From contig JBEKML010000001.1 of NCBI GenBank assembly GCA_050008535.1, positions 327,050-391,049 of the forward strand: DNA of 64,000 nt, written 5' to 3'. This DNA is from Minisyncoccia bacterium. GTDB lineage: Bacteria; Patescibacteriota; Minisyncoccia; UBA6257; 2-01-FULL-56-20. Made by a program: the position numbers and the translations under genes. Shown one piece after another: positions 36,537-45,380 of this stretch (the first letter of the stretch is position 1; every line of letters begins with the position of its first letter). A model generated the notes under the pieces. That model did no database searches. It had not been told where the DNA came from and saw only the letters and a list, made by a program, of their open reading frames with translations.

Positions 36537-37781
36537 ATGAAGCTTAAGGGATTCTCCGGCGGCAATTTTGTGACGGGCCTGGATATCGGCACGTCTTCCA
36601 TTAAGGTGGCGGTTGCGGAACGGCGTGACGGGAAACCGGCGCTCGTCCATGTGCAAAAAGTTCCCTGCTTCGGCATGCGGAAAGGCGCCATCGTTGAAAT
36701 GAGCGAGGTTTCGCAGGCGGTCGCCCGCGCGCTCGCCGGCGTAAAAAAAATATCAAAAGCCGCCCTCAAAAACGTTTATATTTCCATCGGGACGCCGCAG
36801 GCGAAGATGCAGTCCTCGCGCGGGATCGTGGCGGTCTCGCGCGCCGATGCGGAGATCTACCAGGACGACATTGACCGCGCGGTGCGCGCCTCGCAGGCGG
36901 TGAACCTTCCCCAGAACCGCACGATCATCCATACGCTCACCAGGGAATTCGTTGTGGACGGCGTGGGGGACATCGTAGACCCCTTGGGCCTGTCGGGCAG
37001 CCGCCTTGAAGTGCAAAGCTTGATCATTGATGCGTTCTCGCCGCATATCAAAAACCTGATCCGCGTGGTGGAGCTCGCGAGCGGGGAAGTGAGCGGCCTT
37101 GTTTTCGGCCCGCTCGTCGCCGCGCGTGCGGCGCTCTCCAAGCGCCAGCGCGATCTGGGCACGGCGCTCGTGGACATCGGCTTCGGTACCACGGGACTTT
37201 CCGTTTACGAGGAGGGGAAGCTCGTCGGCGTCGCAAAGTTCCCGGTCGGCGCGGGAAGCATTTCAAATGATCTTGCGGTCGGCCTCAAGATCCCCGTTGA
37301 TGCGGCAGAAGAGATCAAATTGCACTACGGCTACGCGTTTTCAAAAGACGTGAGCACGAAGGAATCCGTTGAGCTCAAGAAATTTTTGCCCGACGCAAAA
37401 AACACGGTTTCGCGGCGCTTTGTTGCGGAAATAATGGAATCGCGCCTTGAGGAGATTTTCGATCTTTTGAACGACGAACTGAAGCTGCTCCAAAAATTCG
37501 GCGAATTGCCGGGCGGCGTGGTGCTCGTTGGCGGCGGCGCGAAGCTCCCCGGCATCACCGACCTTGCAAAGCAGGAGATGAAGCTCTCCGCGCAGATCGG
37601 TTTTGCGCTTGACGACGAGTGGGAATCCGACGGAGGTTCTTTCAAAGAATTTTTGGAAGACCCAGAATTTGTGAGCGCCTTCGGCTTGGTGCTTTGGGGC
37701 GTGGACGGCGAAGGGTGGACCAAAGAAGGTTCCTCTCCAAGTTTCAGCTTAAGAAAGATCATCCGCTATTTCACGCCGTAG
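36537..37781 (+). CDS. ftsA: Cell division protein FtsA
   Basis: GLDIGTSSIK, GMRKGAI, VDIGFGTT, VLVGGGAKLPG. Confidence 0.96.
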   Translation: MKLKGFSGGNFVTGLDIGTSSIKVAVAERRDGKPALVHVQKVPCFGMRKGAIVEMSEVSQAVARALAGVKKISKAALKNVYISIGTPQAKMQSSRGIVAVSRADAEIYQDDIDRAVRASQAVNLPQNRTIIHTLTREFVVDGVGDIVDPLGLSGSRLEVQSLIIDAFSPHIKNLIRVVELASGEVSGLVFGPLVAARAALSKRQRDLGTALVDIGFGTTGLSVYEEGKLVGVAKFPVGAGSISNDLAVGLKIPVDAAEEIKLHYGYAFSKDVSTKESVELKKFLPDAKNTVSRRFVAEIMESRLEEIFDLLNDELKLLQKFGELPGGVVLVGGGAKLPGITDLAKQEMKLSAQIGFALDDEWESDGGSFKEFLEDPEFVSAFGLVLWGVDGEGWTKEGSSPSFSLRKIIRYFTP

Positions 37782-37833
37782 CCGGTTTTAGGCACGCAGT
37801 TCGAATCAGGGGAATGCAGCACGATCCAACGCT

Positions 37834-38655
37834 ATGAAGATTTTCACATGGAACGTGAACGGGATACGGTCGATATTTAAGACCACGTTCCGTGACTGGC
37901 TTCAATCCAACGATCCCGACATAGTTTGTCTTCAAGAAATAAAAGCGGATTCCGAAGAGTTGGCGGAGGAGTTTTCCCAAATTGACGGCTATTATGCTTA
38001 TTTCAACTCCTCTTCTTTAAAAAAAGGGCATTCCGGGACGGCTGTCTATACGAAAATAAAACCTGTTTTAGTAGAGACAAAGCTAGGGATTGAACGATTT
38101 GACGATGAGGGACGCTGTCTTAAGTTGATATTTAAGGATTTTATCCTGTTCAATTTTTATATTCCAAACGGTAGCAGGGACAAGCATGACATGCCGTACA
38201 AGCTGGAAGTCTATAAAAAGCTTTTTCCAGTCTTTCGATCGCTTGCGAACAAAAACACGATCCTTGCGGGAGATTTCAATATTGCGCATACGGAACTCGA
38301 TGTTTACCATGCAAAACAGAATCAGAACAATACCATGTTCACTCCTGAAGAGCGGGAGCAAATCACCAAGCTTTTAAGTTTAGGATACGTTGACGCTTTC
38401 AGATACAAATATCCGGAGAAAAAGTCATATACTTGGTGGCCGTATATGAACAACCTGCGCGCGCGGGACATTGGCTGGAGGATAGATTATTTCTTTGTTG
38501 CCAAACCGCTTGAGCCCCTTATCAAAGATGCCTTTACCCAAAGAGAAGTTCTTGGGTCAGATCATGGGCCTTGTGGGATTGCCTTGAACAAATCCGCAGA
38601 GATTGCCGAACGACCGACCTATGCCAAAATAAAATCACCAGCAGAGCTTTTTTGA
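37834..38655 (+). CDS. xth: Exodeoxyribonuclease III (AP endonuclease)
   Basis: TWNVNGIR, LQEIK, GDFNIAH, YTWW, GWRIDYF, SDH. Confidence 0.95.
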   Translation: MKIFTWNVNGIRSIFKTTFRDWLQSNDPDIVCLQEIKADSEELAEEFSQIDGYYAYFNSSSLKKGHSGTAVYTKIKPVLVETKLGIERFDDEGRCLKLIFKDFILFNFYIPNGSRDKHDMPYKLEVYKKLFPVFRSLANKNTILAGDFNIAHTELDVYHAKQNQNNTMFTPEEREQITKLLSLGYVDAFRYKYPEKKSYTWWPYMNNLRARDIGWRIDYFFVAKPLEPLIKDAFTQREVLGSDHGPCGIALNKSAEIAERPTYAKIKSPAELF

Positions 38656-38725
38656 AAACCTGTCCGAGATTCGACATCGCCTAGATAGGCCAGCCGGATT
38701 TCATTAAAAAATTCTAAAATGTTTC

Positions 38726-38753
38726 TTGACGGTGACGGCCGATGCGCTATAAT
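38726..38753 (+). promoter_or_regulatory. sigma70 promoter
   Basis: TTGACG-N16-TATAAT. Confidence 0.65.
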
Positions 38754-38758
38754 ACCCT

Positions 38759-38842
38759 TGAGATGGGATAGTCTGTAATAGACGACGGACTAGTTCTCAC
38801 TTTCCATGAGAAACGGCCACTTCGGTGGCCGCTTCTCATTTT
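38759..38842 (+). ncRNA. Candidate small structured RNA or attenuator
   Basis: Lies between a promoter and a cUUCGg-capped terminator (38806-38842); internal stem TAGTCTGT/ACGGACTA; no ORF in the track. Confidence 0.4.
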
Positions 38843-38907
38843 ATATCAAGCGTTTTTTAAGCTAATTTTAATCACCTTTTTGCTATGGTTCGTTCGCCGT
38901 GGATCAT

Positions 38908-38981
38908 GGGGCCGTCGTCCATTACAGTTAGGATCTCATCTTTGGAAAGTGAGGAACCGGGTGCAAATCCCGGCGGCTCCA
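38908..38981 (+). tRNA. tRNA with UGG (Pro) anticodon on an Ala-type body (G3:U70, A73)
   Basis: GGGGCCG/CGGCTCC-A acceptor stem, GTCC/GGAT D-stem, TCATC-TTTGGAA-AGTGA anticodon arm, CCGGG-TGCAAAT-CCCGG T-arm. Confidence 0.8.
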
Positions 38982-38985
38982 CGGC

Positions 38986-39017
38986 ACAGGAGGGCCTCTG
39001 CGAGGCCCTCCTGTTTT
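38986..39017 (+). terminator. Intrinsic terminator after the tRNA
   Basis: ACAGGAGGGCCTC-TGC-GAGGCCCTCCTGT-TTT. Confidence 0.8.
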
Positions 39018-39069
39018 GGCCGTATCCACAGGTGGCACGCCAGCGGAAGATTTGTTATTATTGAATCAA

Positions 39070-40356
39070 ATGGCCTCCTCCAAGAAGAAAGAAAAATTCC
39101 AGCCGCTCGCGACGAACGTCAAAGTGATCGGCATCGGCGGGGGAGGGGGGAACGCGGTCGCGCGGATGGCGCGCGACTTCATCCGCGGCGTTGATTTCGT
39201 CGCTATTAATACCGACCACCAAGATCTTGATCACTGCAACGTCAAACATAAATTATATATAGGGAAGGGGCTTACGAAGGGCTTGGGCACCGGCATGAAC
39301 CCGGACCTTGGCAGGCAGGCCGCGGAAGAGAATCGTTCCGAGATCGGCGAGCTGGTAAAGGGGGCTGACCTTGTATTTATCGCTGCCGGACTGGGGGGTG
39401 GGACGGGCGGCGGTGCGGCACCAATCGTCGCGGAAGCCGCAAAGCAGGCGGGAGCGCTCACGATCGCGGTGGTCACAAAGCCGTTCGCCTTTGAGGGAAG
39501 CCAGCGCGAGCGAATCGCGGCGGAAAGCTTGATGAAGCTGAAGGATAAGGTGGATGCGCTTATTGTCGTGCCGAACGATAGGATCTTTACCGTGATCAGC
39601 AAAGATACGCCGATCGTAAAAGCGTTTGAGGCGATTGATGACATATTACGGAACGCGCTGAAGGGTCTTGTGGAGATCATCGCGATGCCTGGCATCATCA
39701 ATGTCGATTTCGCGGATGTGAAAAATATCATGCAGGATGCGGGGGTCACGATCATCGGTGTTGCGACGGCGGGCGGGCAGGATCGCGCAGTGAATGCGGT
39801 GACCATGGCGCTTCACTCTCCGCTACTGGAGACGAGCCCCGAGGGCGCGAAGTCGGTGCTCTTGGGCATTTCGGGAGGTCGCGATCTGAAGATGACGGAG
39901 ATCAACGATGCGGCGAAGATTGTCGCGCAGACCGCCGACCCCGGTGCACGCATCATCTTCGGCGCTTATCACGACCGGAGTTTGAAAAAGGGACAGATCA
40001 AGATAACGGTGATCGCTGCCGGCTTCAACGGCGGCCAGCCGACGGCGCTTTTCGGTGCGCACTATGAACGGCAGGCAGGATTCGGCGGCCGTCCGGCGGT
40101 CATAAGCTCGTCGACCGTTATGGAAACCTTTCCCGCAAAAAAGCCCCAAGCGGAGCGGACCGGCGCAGCAAGCGGAGCGGGCTCCAAGGAAACAGCAGGC
40201 CGCAGCGACCGCGATGCCGGCATTTTCTCGACTTCCGATGTTCCCCCCGCCGCAAAATCCGGGGCCCTGGCCGACCAGAAGTCCGGCAAGGAAAAGAAAG
40301 AAAAAGAAAACGACGCGTGGGACATCCCCGCGTTCCTCCGGCGGAGGAAAAAATAG
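39070..40356 (+). CDS. ftsZ: Cell division protein FtsZ
   Basis: GIGGGGGNAV, GLGGGTGGG, INVDFADV, C-terminal DIPAFLRR. Confidence 0.97.
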   Translation: MASSKKKEKFQPLATNVKVIGIGGGGGNAVARMARDFIRGVDFVAINTDHQDLDHCNVKHKLYIGKGLTKGLGTGMNPDLGRQAAEENRSEIGELVKGADLVFIAAGLGGGTGGGAAPIVAEAAKQAGALTIAVVTKPFAFEGSQRERIAAESLMKLKDKVDALIVVPNDRIFTVISKDTPIVKAFEAIDDILRNALKGLVEIIAMPGIINVDFADVKNIMQDAGVTIIGVATAGGQDRAVNAVTMALHSPLLETSPEGAKSVLLGISGGRDLKMTEINDAAKIVAQTADPGARIIFGAYHDRSLKKGQIKITVIAAGFNGGQPTALFGAHYERQAGFGGRPAVISSSTVMETFPAKKPQAERTGAASGAGSKETAGRSDRDAGIFSTSDVPPAAKSGALADQKSGKEKKEKENDAWDIPAFLRRRKK

Positions 40357-40372
40357 CGGCGCGCAGCTATCG

Positions 40373-41422
40373 CTACAGCAGTTTTTTCGGCTCGCTTTCC
40401 TTGTCCAACTCGGCGCTCGCGCCGATTTTTAATATGTCTTTGTCTAGCTTTCCGAATTCCTTGTAGGCGGTGTTGTAGGCATTCGTCGTGGTCGTAAGGT
40501 GCGAGCCGATCTTCTCCAAATATTCTTCGTAGCGTTCCAAGTGGCGTTGTAGTTCGCCGACATTTTTCCGGATTTGCTCGGCGGACTTATTGATCTCCAT
40601 CTGCCGGATCCCCTGAAGCGCCATCTGGAGATAGGCGTAGAATGTGGTGGGAGAGACGGGATAGACGCGCTTCTCCGAAGCGTATTGGATAAGGTCGCGT
40701 TCGGCTGCGGCGCCGATTTTGTTTATAAGAAGATCGTAATAGAGCGCTTCGGACGGAATGAACATGAAAGCAAAATCCAGCGTGTCCTCGGCGGGTTTGA
40801 TATATTTCGCAGTTTCGTCAATGCGCGTTTTGAGGTCCATGCGCAGGGCATCTTCGTAGCGCTTGCGTTCGTCATCGGAGGTCGCAGACGCAAAGCGATT
40901 GTAATTTTCCAGGCTGAACTTTGAGTCAATCGGGATCACGTGGTCCTGGTAGAAAATGACCGCGTCCACCTTTGTGCCGTCCGCGAACGGATATTGCAGC
41001 TGGTACGTGCCCGGCGGGAGTACGTTCTTCAAGACCATCTCCAGAAAATATTCTCCGAGCACGCCGCGCTGCTTCGGATTTTTCAAAATATCCTGCAACC
41101 CCTTTAACTGGTCCGCGAGCGAGGCGATCTGCTTCTGGCCCTCGGTCACCTTTGTGATCTCGCCCGTGATCTCTTTCACGATCTGGACGCTCCTGTCCGA
41201 TTGCGCAAACATGGTTTTTGTTGAATCGCCGAGCTGTGCAGTGAGCGTTCGTGAAAGCTCGTTCATCTGCTGCTGGATCTGTTTCTGCTGGTCCTGGATC
41301 TGGTTTTGGATAAGAAGCAATGCCCGATCGTCCTGTTTCGGCTCCGCCGCCCGCGGCCTCCAAAGCCGCCACGCGATTACGGCAAAGAGTACAATAACAA
41401 CGGCAAAAAGGGTGATTTCCAT
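40373..41422 (-). CDS. rmuC: DNA recombination protein RmuC
   Basis: TM and coiled coil, RGVLGE, IDSKF, FAFMFIPSEALY, VSPTT. Confidence 0.93.
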   Translation of the reverse strand: MEITLFAVVIVLFAVIAWRLWRPRAAEPKQDDRALLLIQNQIQDQQKQIQQQMNELSRTLTAQLGDSTKTMFAQSDRSVQIVKEITGEITKVTEGQKQIASLADQLKGLQDILKNPKQRGVLGEYFLEMVLKNVLPPGTYQLQYPFADGTKVDAVIFYQDHVIPIDSKFSLENYNRFASATSDDERKRYEDALRMDLKTRIDETAKYIKPAEDTLDFAFMFIPSEALYYDLLINKIGAAAERDLIQYASEKRVYPVSPTTFYAYLQMALQGIRQMEINKSAEQIRKNVGELQRHLERYEEYLEKIGSHLTTTTNAYNTAYKEFGKLDKDILKIGASAELDKESEPKKLL

Positions 41423-41496
41423 GAGGTTATTTTACCACTACGCGAGAGGCGGTGCGAGCCGCGCTGCCGGAGCGGATTCTGATAGAATGAGGATAT

Positions 41497-43290
41497 ATGA
41501 ATACAGAGGCGCGTGTTTGCGGGAATTGTAAACGTCAATTCGTCATTGAGCCGGAGGATTTTCAGTTCTACAAAAGAATAGACGTTCCGCCGCCGACGTG
41601 GTGTCCGGAATGCCGCCTTATCCGGCGGCTCATCTGGCGCAATGAGCGCACCCTTTATCGCCGGAAATGCGACGCGCCGGGCCACAACGAGACGCTCATC
41701 TCTTACTACCCGCCCGAAAAGCCCTACAAGGTGTATGACCAAGCGTATTGGTGGTCCGACTCATGGGACGCGGCCGACTATGGGAAGGAGTACGACTTTT
41801 CCCGACCATTTTTTGAACAATTGAAGGAACTTTTTCTGCAAGTGCCGCGTGCCCATCTTTCGGTCAATCATGCGACCATGATCAATAGCGATTATTCTAA
41901 TTGGGCCGGTGATTGCAAGAATTGCTATCTGGTAACGGATGCGGACTACGTTGAGGATTCCGCATATTGCTCAAGTATTTTTAAGTCAAAAGACTGTTTT
42001 GATTGCAACAATATTTCGGAATCCGAGCTTTGTTACGAGGGATATAATCTTGGAAAGTGCTATCGCGTCATTGCTTCGGTGAACTGTCGCGATTCCTCCG
42101 ACGTTCTTTTTTCAAAAGGGCTTGTTGGCTGTTCAAATTGTTTTGGCTGCATCAACTTGCGGAAGAAGGCATACCACATTTTTAACCAACCATATTTAAA
42201 AGAAGAATATTATCAGAAAGTTGGCTCATTATTCGACGGTTCCCGCGAATCTTTCGGACGCATGGTCGCCCAGGCCGAAGAACACTGGCTTCGATATCCT
42301 GCGAAACACCTGCGTGGAATCCGGAACGTAAACTCGTTCGGCGATTATATCTATAACTGCAAAAATGTGACCTACGGGTTCCACGTCACGGGTGCGGAGA
42401 ACAGCAAATATATCACCCTCATACACTCCCCGAACGTGAAAGATTGTTTTGATTACACCGACTGGGGAGACAATGCGCAATTAATATACGAAAGCATTGC
42501 ATGCGGGCTCGGCGTATCAAATCTAAAATTCTGCAACCTTGTGGTGCTCAATTCCAAAAACGCTTCCTATAGTTATTTTTCTTATGGTTGCTCCGATATT
42601 TTCGGCTGTGCCAATCTGCGGAAGAAACAATACTGCATTTTGAATAAACAATATACCAAACAAGAATACGAATCGCTCCTCCCGAAGATCATTGAACATA
42701 TGAATGCGATGCCCTACGTTGATAGCAAGGGGAGAACATATCGCTACGGCGAATTATTCCCTCCGGAACTCTGCGGTTTTGCTTATAACGAAAGCATGGC
42801 GCAGGAGTTCTTTCCGCTGAACCGCGAGGAAGCGCTCGCGAAGGGGTTTGCGTGGCGGGATCCGGATGAGCGCCCTTATCAATCAACGCTTTCTTCCGAC
42901 AAGGTTCCCCAGACCATTCACGAGGTGCCGGATCGGATTACTGATGAAGTTATCGCATGCGCGCACAAAGGCGCTTGCAAACAGAGTTGCACCGTGGCAT
43001 TCCGGATCGTTCCGCCCGAACTCCAGTTTTATCGGAGGATGAACCTTCCGTTGCCCGCTCTTTGTCCGAACTGCCGGCATTATGAGCGGTTGAAGCATCG
43101 GAATCCCCTGAAGCTTTGGCATCGCGAATGTTCCTGTGCAGGATCAAAATCAAAAAGCGGGGTTTATGCCAATACCATTGCCCATTCCCACGGTGCAAAT
43201 CCTTGCCCCAACGAATTTGAAACCAGCTACGCCCCGGATCGACCGGAAATCGTGTATTGCGAACAATGCTATCAGGCAGAGGTGGCCTGA
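41497..43290 (+). CDS. Cys-rich Zn-ribbon repeat protein of a family common in CPR genomes, function unknown
   Basis: CxxC..F.I..ED..FY, PTWCPECR, WRNERTLY, repeated CFGC.NLRKK.Y.I.N, VYCEQCY. Confidence 0.85.
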   Translation: MNTEARVCGNCKRQFVIEPEDFQFYKRIDVPPPTWCPECRLIRRLIWRNERTLYRRKCDAPGHNETLISYYPPEKPYKVYDQAYWWSDSWDAADYGKEYDFSRPFFEQLKELFLQVPRAHLSVNHATMINSDYSNWAGDCKNCYLVTDADYVEDSAYCSSIFKSKDCFDCNNISESELCYEGYNLGKCYRVIASVNCRDSSDVLFSKGLVGCSNCFGCINLRKKAYHIFNQPYLKEEYYQKVGSLFDGSRESFGRMVAQAEEHWLRYPAKHLRGIRNVNSFGDYIYNCKNVTYGFHVTGAENSKYITLIHSPNVKDCFDYTDWGDNAQLIYESIACGLGVSNLKFCNLVVLNSKNASYSYFSYGCSDIFGCANLRKKQYCILNKQYTKQEYESLLPKIIEHMNAMPYVDSKGRTYRYGELFPPELCGFAYNESMAQEFFPLNREEALAKGFAWRDPDERPYQSTLSSDKVPQTIHEVPDRITDEVIACAHKGACKQSCTVAFRIVPPELQFYRRMNLPLPALCPNCRHYERLKHRNPLKLWHRECSCAGSKSKSGVYANTIAHSHGANPCPNEFETSYAPDRPEIVYCEQCYQAEVA

Positions 43291-43368
43291 GCTTGCTTAT
43301 CGTCGCGCTTTGTTATATAACCTTTCGTAGCTCCCCGGTTGAGATTGGGGACAGTTGGGAGGTGAACG

Positions 43369-43851
43369 ATGCCGGTCGAGATCGATCGGGGGCAGTATCA
43401 CGTTGCCCTGCAAACGCCCACTAGGGCACAGGTTCCTTGGCAGGACCTGATTACCAAGGTTCTCAATGCAGCCCTGATGTTTCTCTTTGGACTTGGACCC
43501 CGCTTTACCGACAAGGGTGGGGTGGCGGGGGCCATTCACGGTGAACCGATCGAGTTGCGCAACCGCGGCGACGAGATCGGCTTGGAAAGCGATTATCGGC
43601 CCAAGGAGAACCCGGAGTGCAAGCAGGTTCTCGATACCTACGAAGCGCTGCTTCGTGAGCTCTTTGAAGAGGAGCTCCACTTCGCCTTCGCCAAGTACTC
43701 GCCGGGCGCAATTCTGGAGATTTCCGACCAGGGAGAAGCCGGGAAGATCCTCTGGTTGGCGGTTGCTTACCGCTGTTCGATACAGACCGCCGACGTGGTT
43801 TTCCAGAGCCTCAGGATCCCACCGCCATTCAGGAGCGAGTGTCCGAGGTGA
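43369..43851 (+). CDS. Hypothetical protein (orphan)
   Basis: GGAGGTG SD before ATG, TATAAC upstream, downstream hairpin. Confidence 0.6.
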   Translation: MPVEIDRGQYHVALQTPTRAQVPWQDLITKVLNAALMFLFGLGPRFTDKGGVAGAIHGEPIELRNRGDEIGLESDYRPKENPECKQVLDTYEALLRELFEEELHFAFAKYSPGAILEISDQGEAGKILWLAVAYRCSIQTADVVFQSLRIPPPFRSECPR

Positions 43852-43919
43852 AACTCCAAAATGAAATGGCGCGCTGGGAGACCTCGGCGCGCCAAATCTG
43901 TTTTTAATGATTTTAGGAA

Positions 43920-43953
43920 AACAAAAATCCCGCATTGCTGCGGGATTTTTGTT
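43920..43953. terminator. Bidirectional terminator
   Basis: AACAAAAATCCCGCA-TTGC-TGCGGGATTTTTGTT. Confidence 0.75.
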
Positions 43954-43978
43954 GCTGCGAAACGAGCAGTCGCCGGAG

Positions 43979-44287
43979 TTACCAGCTGTTCTGCCGTCCG
44001 CCGCCGAAACCGCCACGGTCTCCACGGGGAGCGCGCGGTTCAAGGGGTTTGGCTTCGTTCACGGTCAACTTGCGGCCGCCGAAGTCCTTGCCATTCCACA
44101 TCTCGATCGCTTTCTGGGCGTCCTCATCGGTCGCCATCTCGACAAAACCGAAACCGCGTGAGCGGCCCGTCATCTTGTCGGAGATGATCGTGGTGGACGA
44201 AACGGTGCCAGCCTGCGCGAACGCGGCCTGGAGCTCGTCTTGCGTCGTGGTGTAGGGCAAACCTCCTACGTATAATTTTGTAGCCAT
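43979..44287 (-). CDS. RRM (RNP-1) RNA-binding protein with a Gly-rich tail
   Basis: KLYVGGL (RNP2), RSRGFGFVEM (RNP1), LTVNEAKP. Confidence 0.95.
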   Translation of the reverse strand: MATKLYVGGLPYTTTQDELQAAFAQAGTVSSTTIISDKMTGRSRGFGFVEMATDEDAQKAIEMWNGKDFGGRKLTVNEAKPLEPRAPRGDRGGFGGGRQNSW

Positions 44288-44502
44288 TGATTCTTAAGAG
44301 CGTCAGAGCCACGCGAATTCGCCCGGAGATCCGGGATCGTTCTGCAAATTGACTCTTAACGCTCTATTCTTGTGCTATGTTTATGTAAGGCGACCTACTT
44401 CTCCTCTGCTTCTCCGCCGGGAAATGCCGGCAAAACGAAACCTACTAAGAACACTTACATCTCTTGTATTATACCCTATATGCCCCAAATATGCAAATGG
44501 CA

Positions 44503-45366
44503 ATGACCACCCGGCGTTTTAGGGCCATTATATGGGCATATTATCGCCGTGCGGGGCGGAATATGCCCTGGCGGCGGACGCGCGATCCGTATCGCATTGT
44601 GGTTTCGGAAATTATGCTCCAGCAGACGCAAGTTGCGCGCGTGATGAAATTTTATCCAATTTTCATCAAAAAATTTCCTGATTTTCGGGCACTTGCACGC
44701 GCGCGGACGGCGGACGTGCTCCGCGCGTGGCAGGGGATGGGATATAACCGCCGCGCGCTCGCGCTTCAGCGGCTCGCAAAAATTATTTTAGAAAAATATA
44801 ATGGCCGGTTGCCGTGCGAGCGCGCGGCGCTCACAGCGTTGCCTGGAGTGGGGAAGGCCACTGCGGGCGCCATCCGCGCATTTGCGTGGAACGAGCCGGA
44901 GGTTTTCGTTGAAACGAATATCCGCCGAGTTTTCATCCATTTTTTCTTCCCGGTCCGCTCCGGGCGTGCGGGGCGTGCGCGGAAGGTAACCGACGACGAA
45001 ATAATGCGTTATATCAAACGCACCCTGCCGCAAAAGAATGCGCGCGAATGGTACTGGGCGCTCATGGATTACGGAGCAATGCTTGGAACGGCCGCAAGTC
45101 GGGTTCTCATGAGAAGCGGCCGCGCTATAGGCCGAAATCCGAACCGAAACAGCGCCCATTATAAGAAGCAATCGCGGTTCTCGGGTTCGGATCGCGAATT
45201 GCGCGGAAAGATATTGCGCTTCTTATTGCAGAGAAAAAAAGTTTCCCGTGAAGCTCTTGTAAAAGAAACGAAAAAGCCCGCCGTAAGGGTCCGAAAAATC
45301 ATCGCGGCACTGGAACGGGAACGATTTATAGAGAGAAAGGGGCGTTTTGTATCTATTTCGCACTGA
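44503..45366 (+). CDS. mutY: A/G-specific adenine glycosylase (MutY-like HhH-GPD) lacking the Fe-S motif
   Basis: PWRRTRDPY, VSEIMLQQTQV, WQGMGYNRRA, LPGVGKATAGAI, ALMDYG. Confidence 0.88.
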   Translation: MTTRRFRAIIWAYYRRAGRNMPWRRTRDPYRIVVSEIMLQQTQVARVMKFYPIFIKKFPDFRALARARTADVLRAWQGMGYNRRALALQRLAKIILEKYNGRLPCERAALTALPGVGKATAGAIRAFAWNEPEVFVETNIRRVFIHFFFPVRSGRAGRARKVTDDEIMRYIKRTLPQKNAREWYWALMDYGAMLGTAASRVLMRSGRAIGRNPNRNSAHYKKQSRFSGSDRELRGKILRFLLQRKKVSREALVKETKKPAVRVRKIIAALERERFIERKGRFVSISH

Positions 45367-45380
45367 AATCCGTATTATCT

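Noticed and set aside
38907-38981. Reading the tRNA as Gln(TTG), Ser(GGA) or a tmRNA piece
   Set aside because: The TTG and GGA registers give anticodon stems with two or more mismatches. It is a full cloverleaf with no tag ORF, so not tmRNA.
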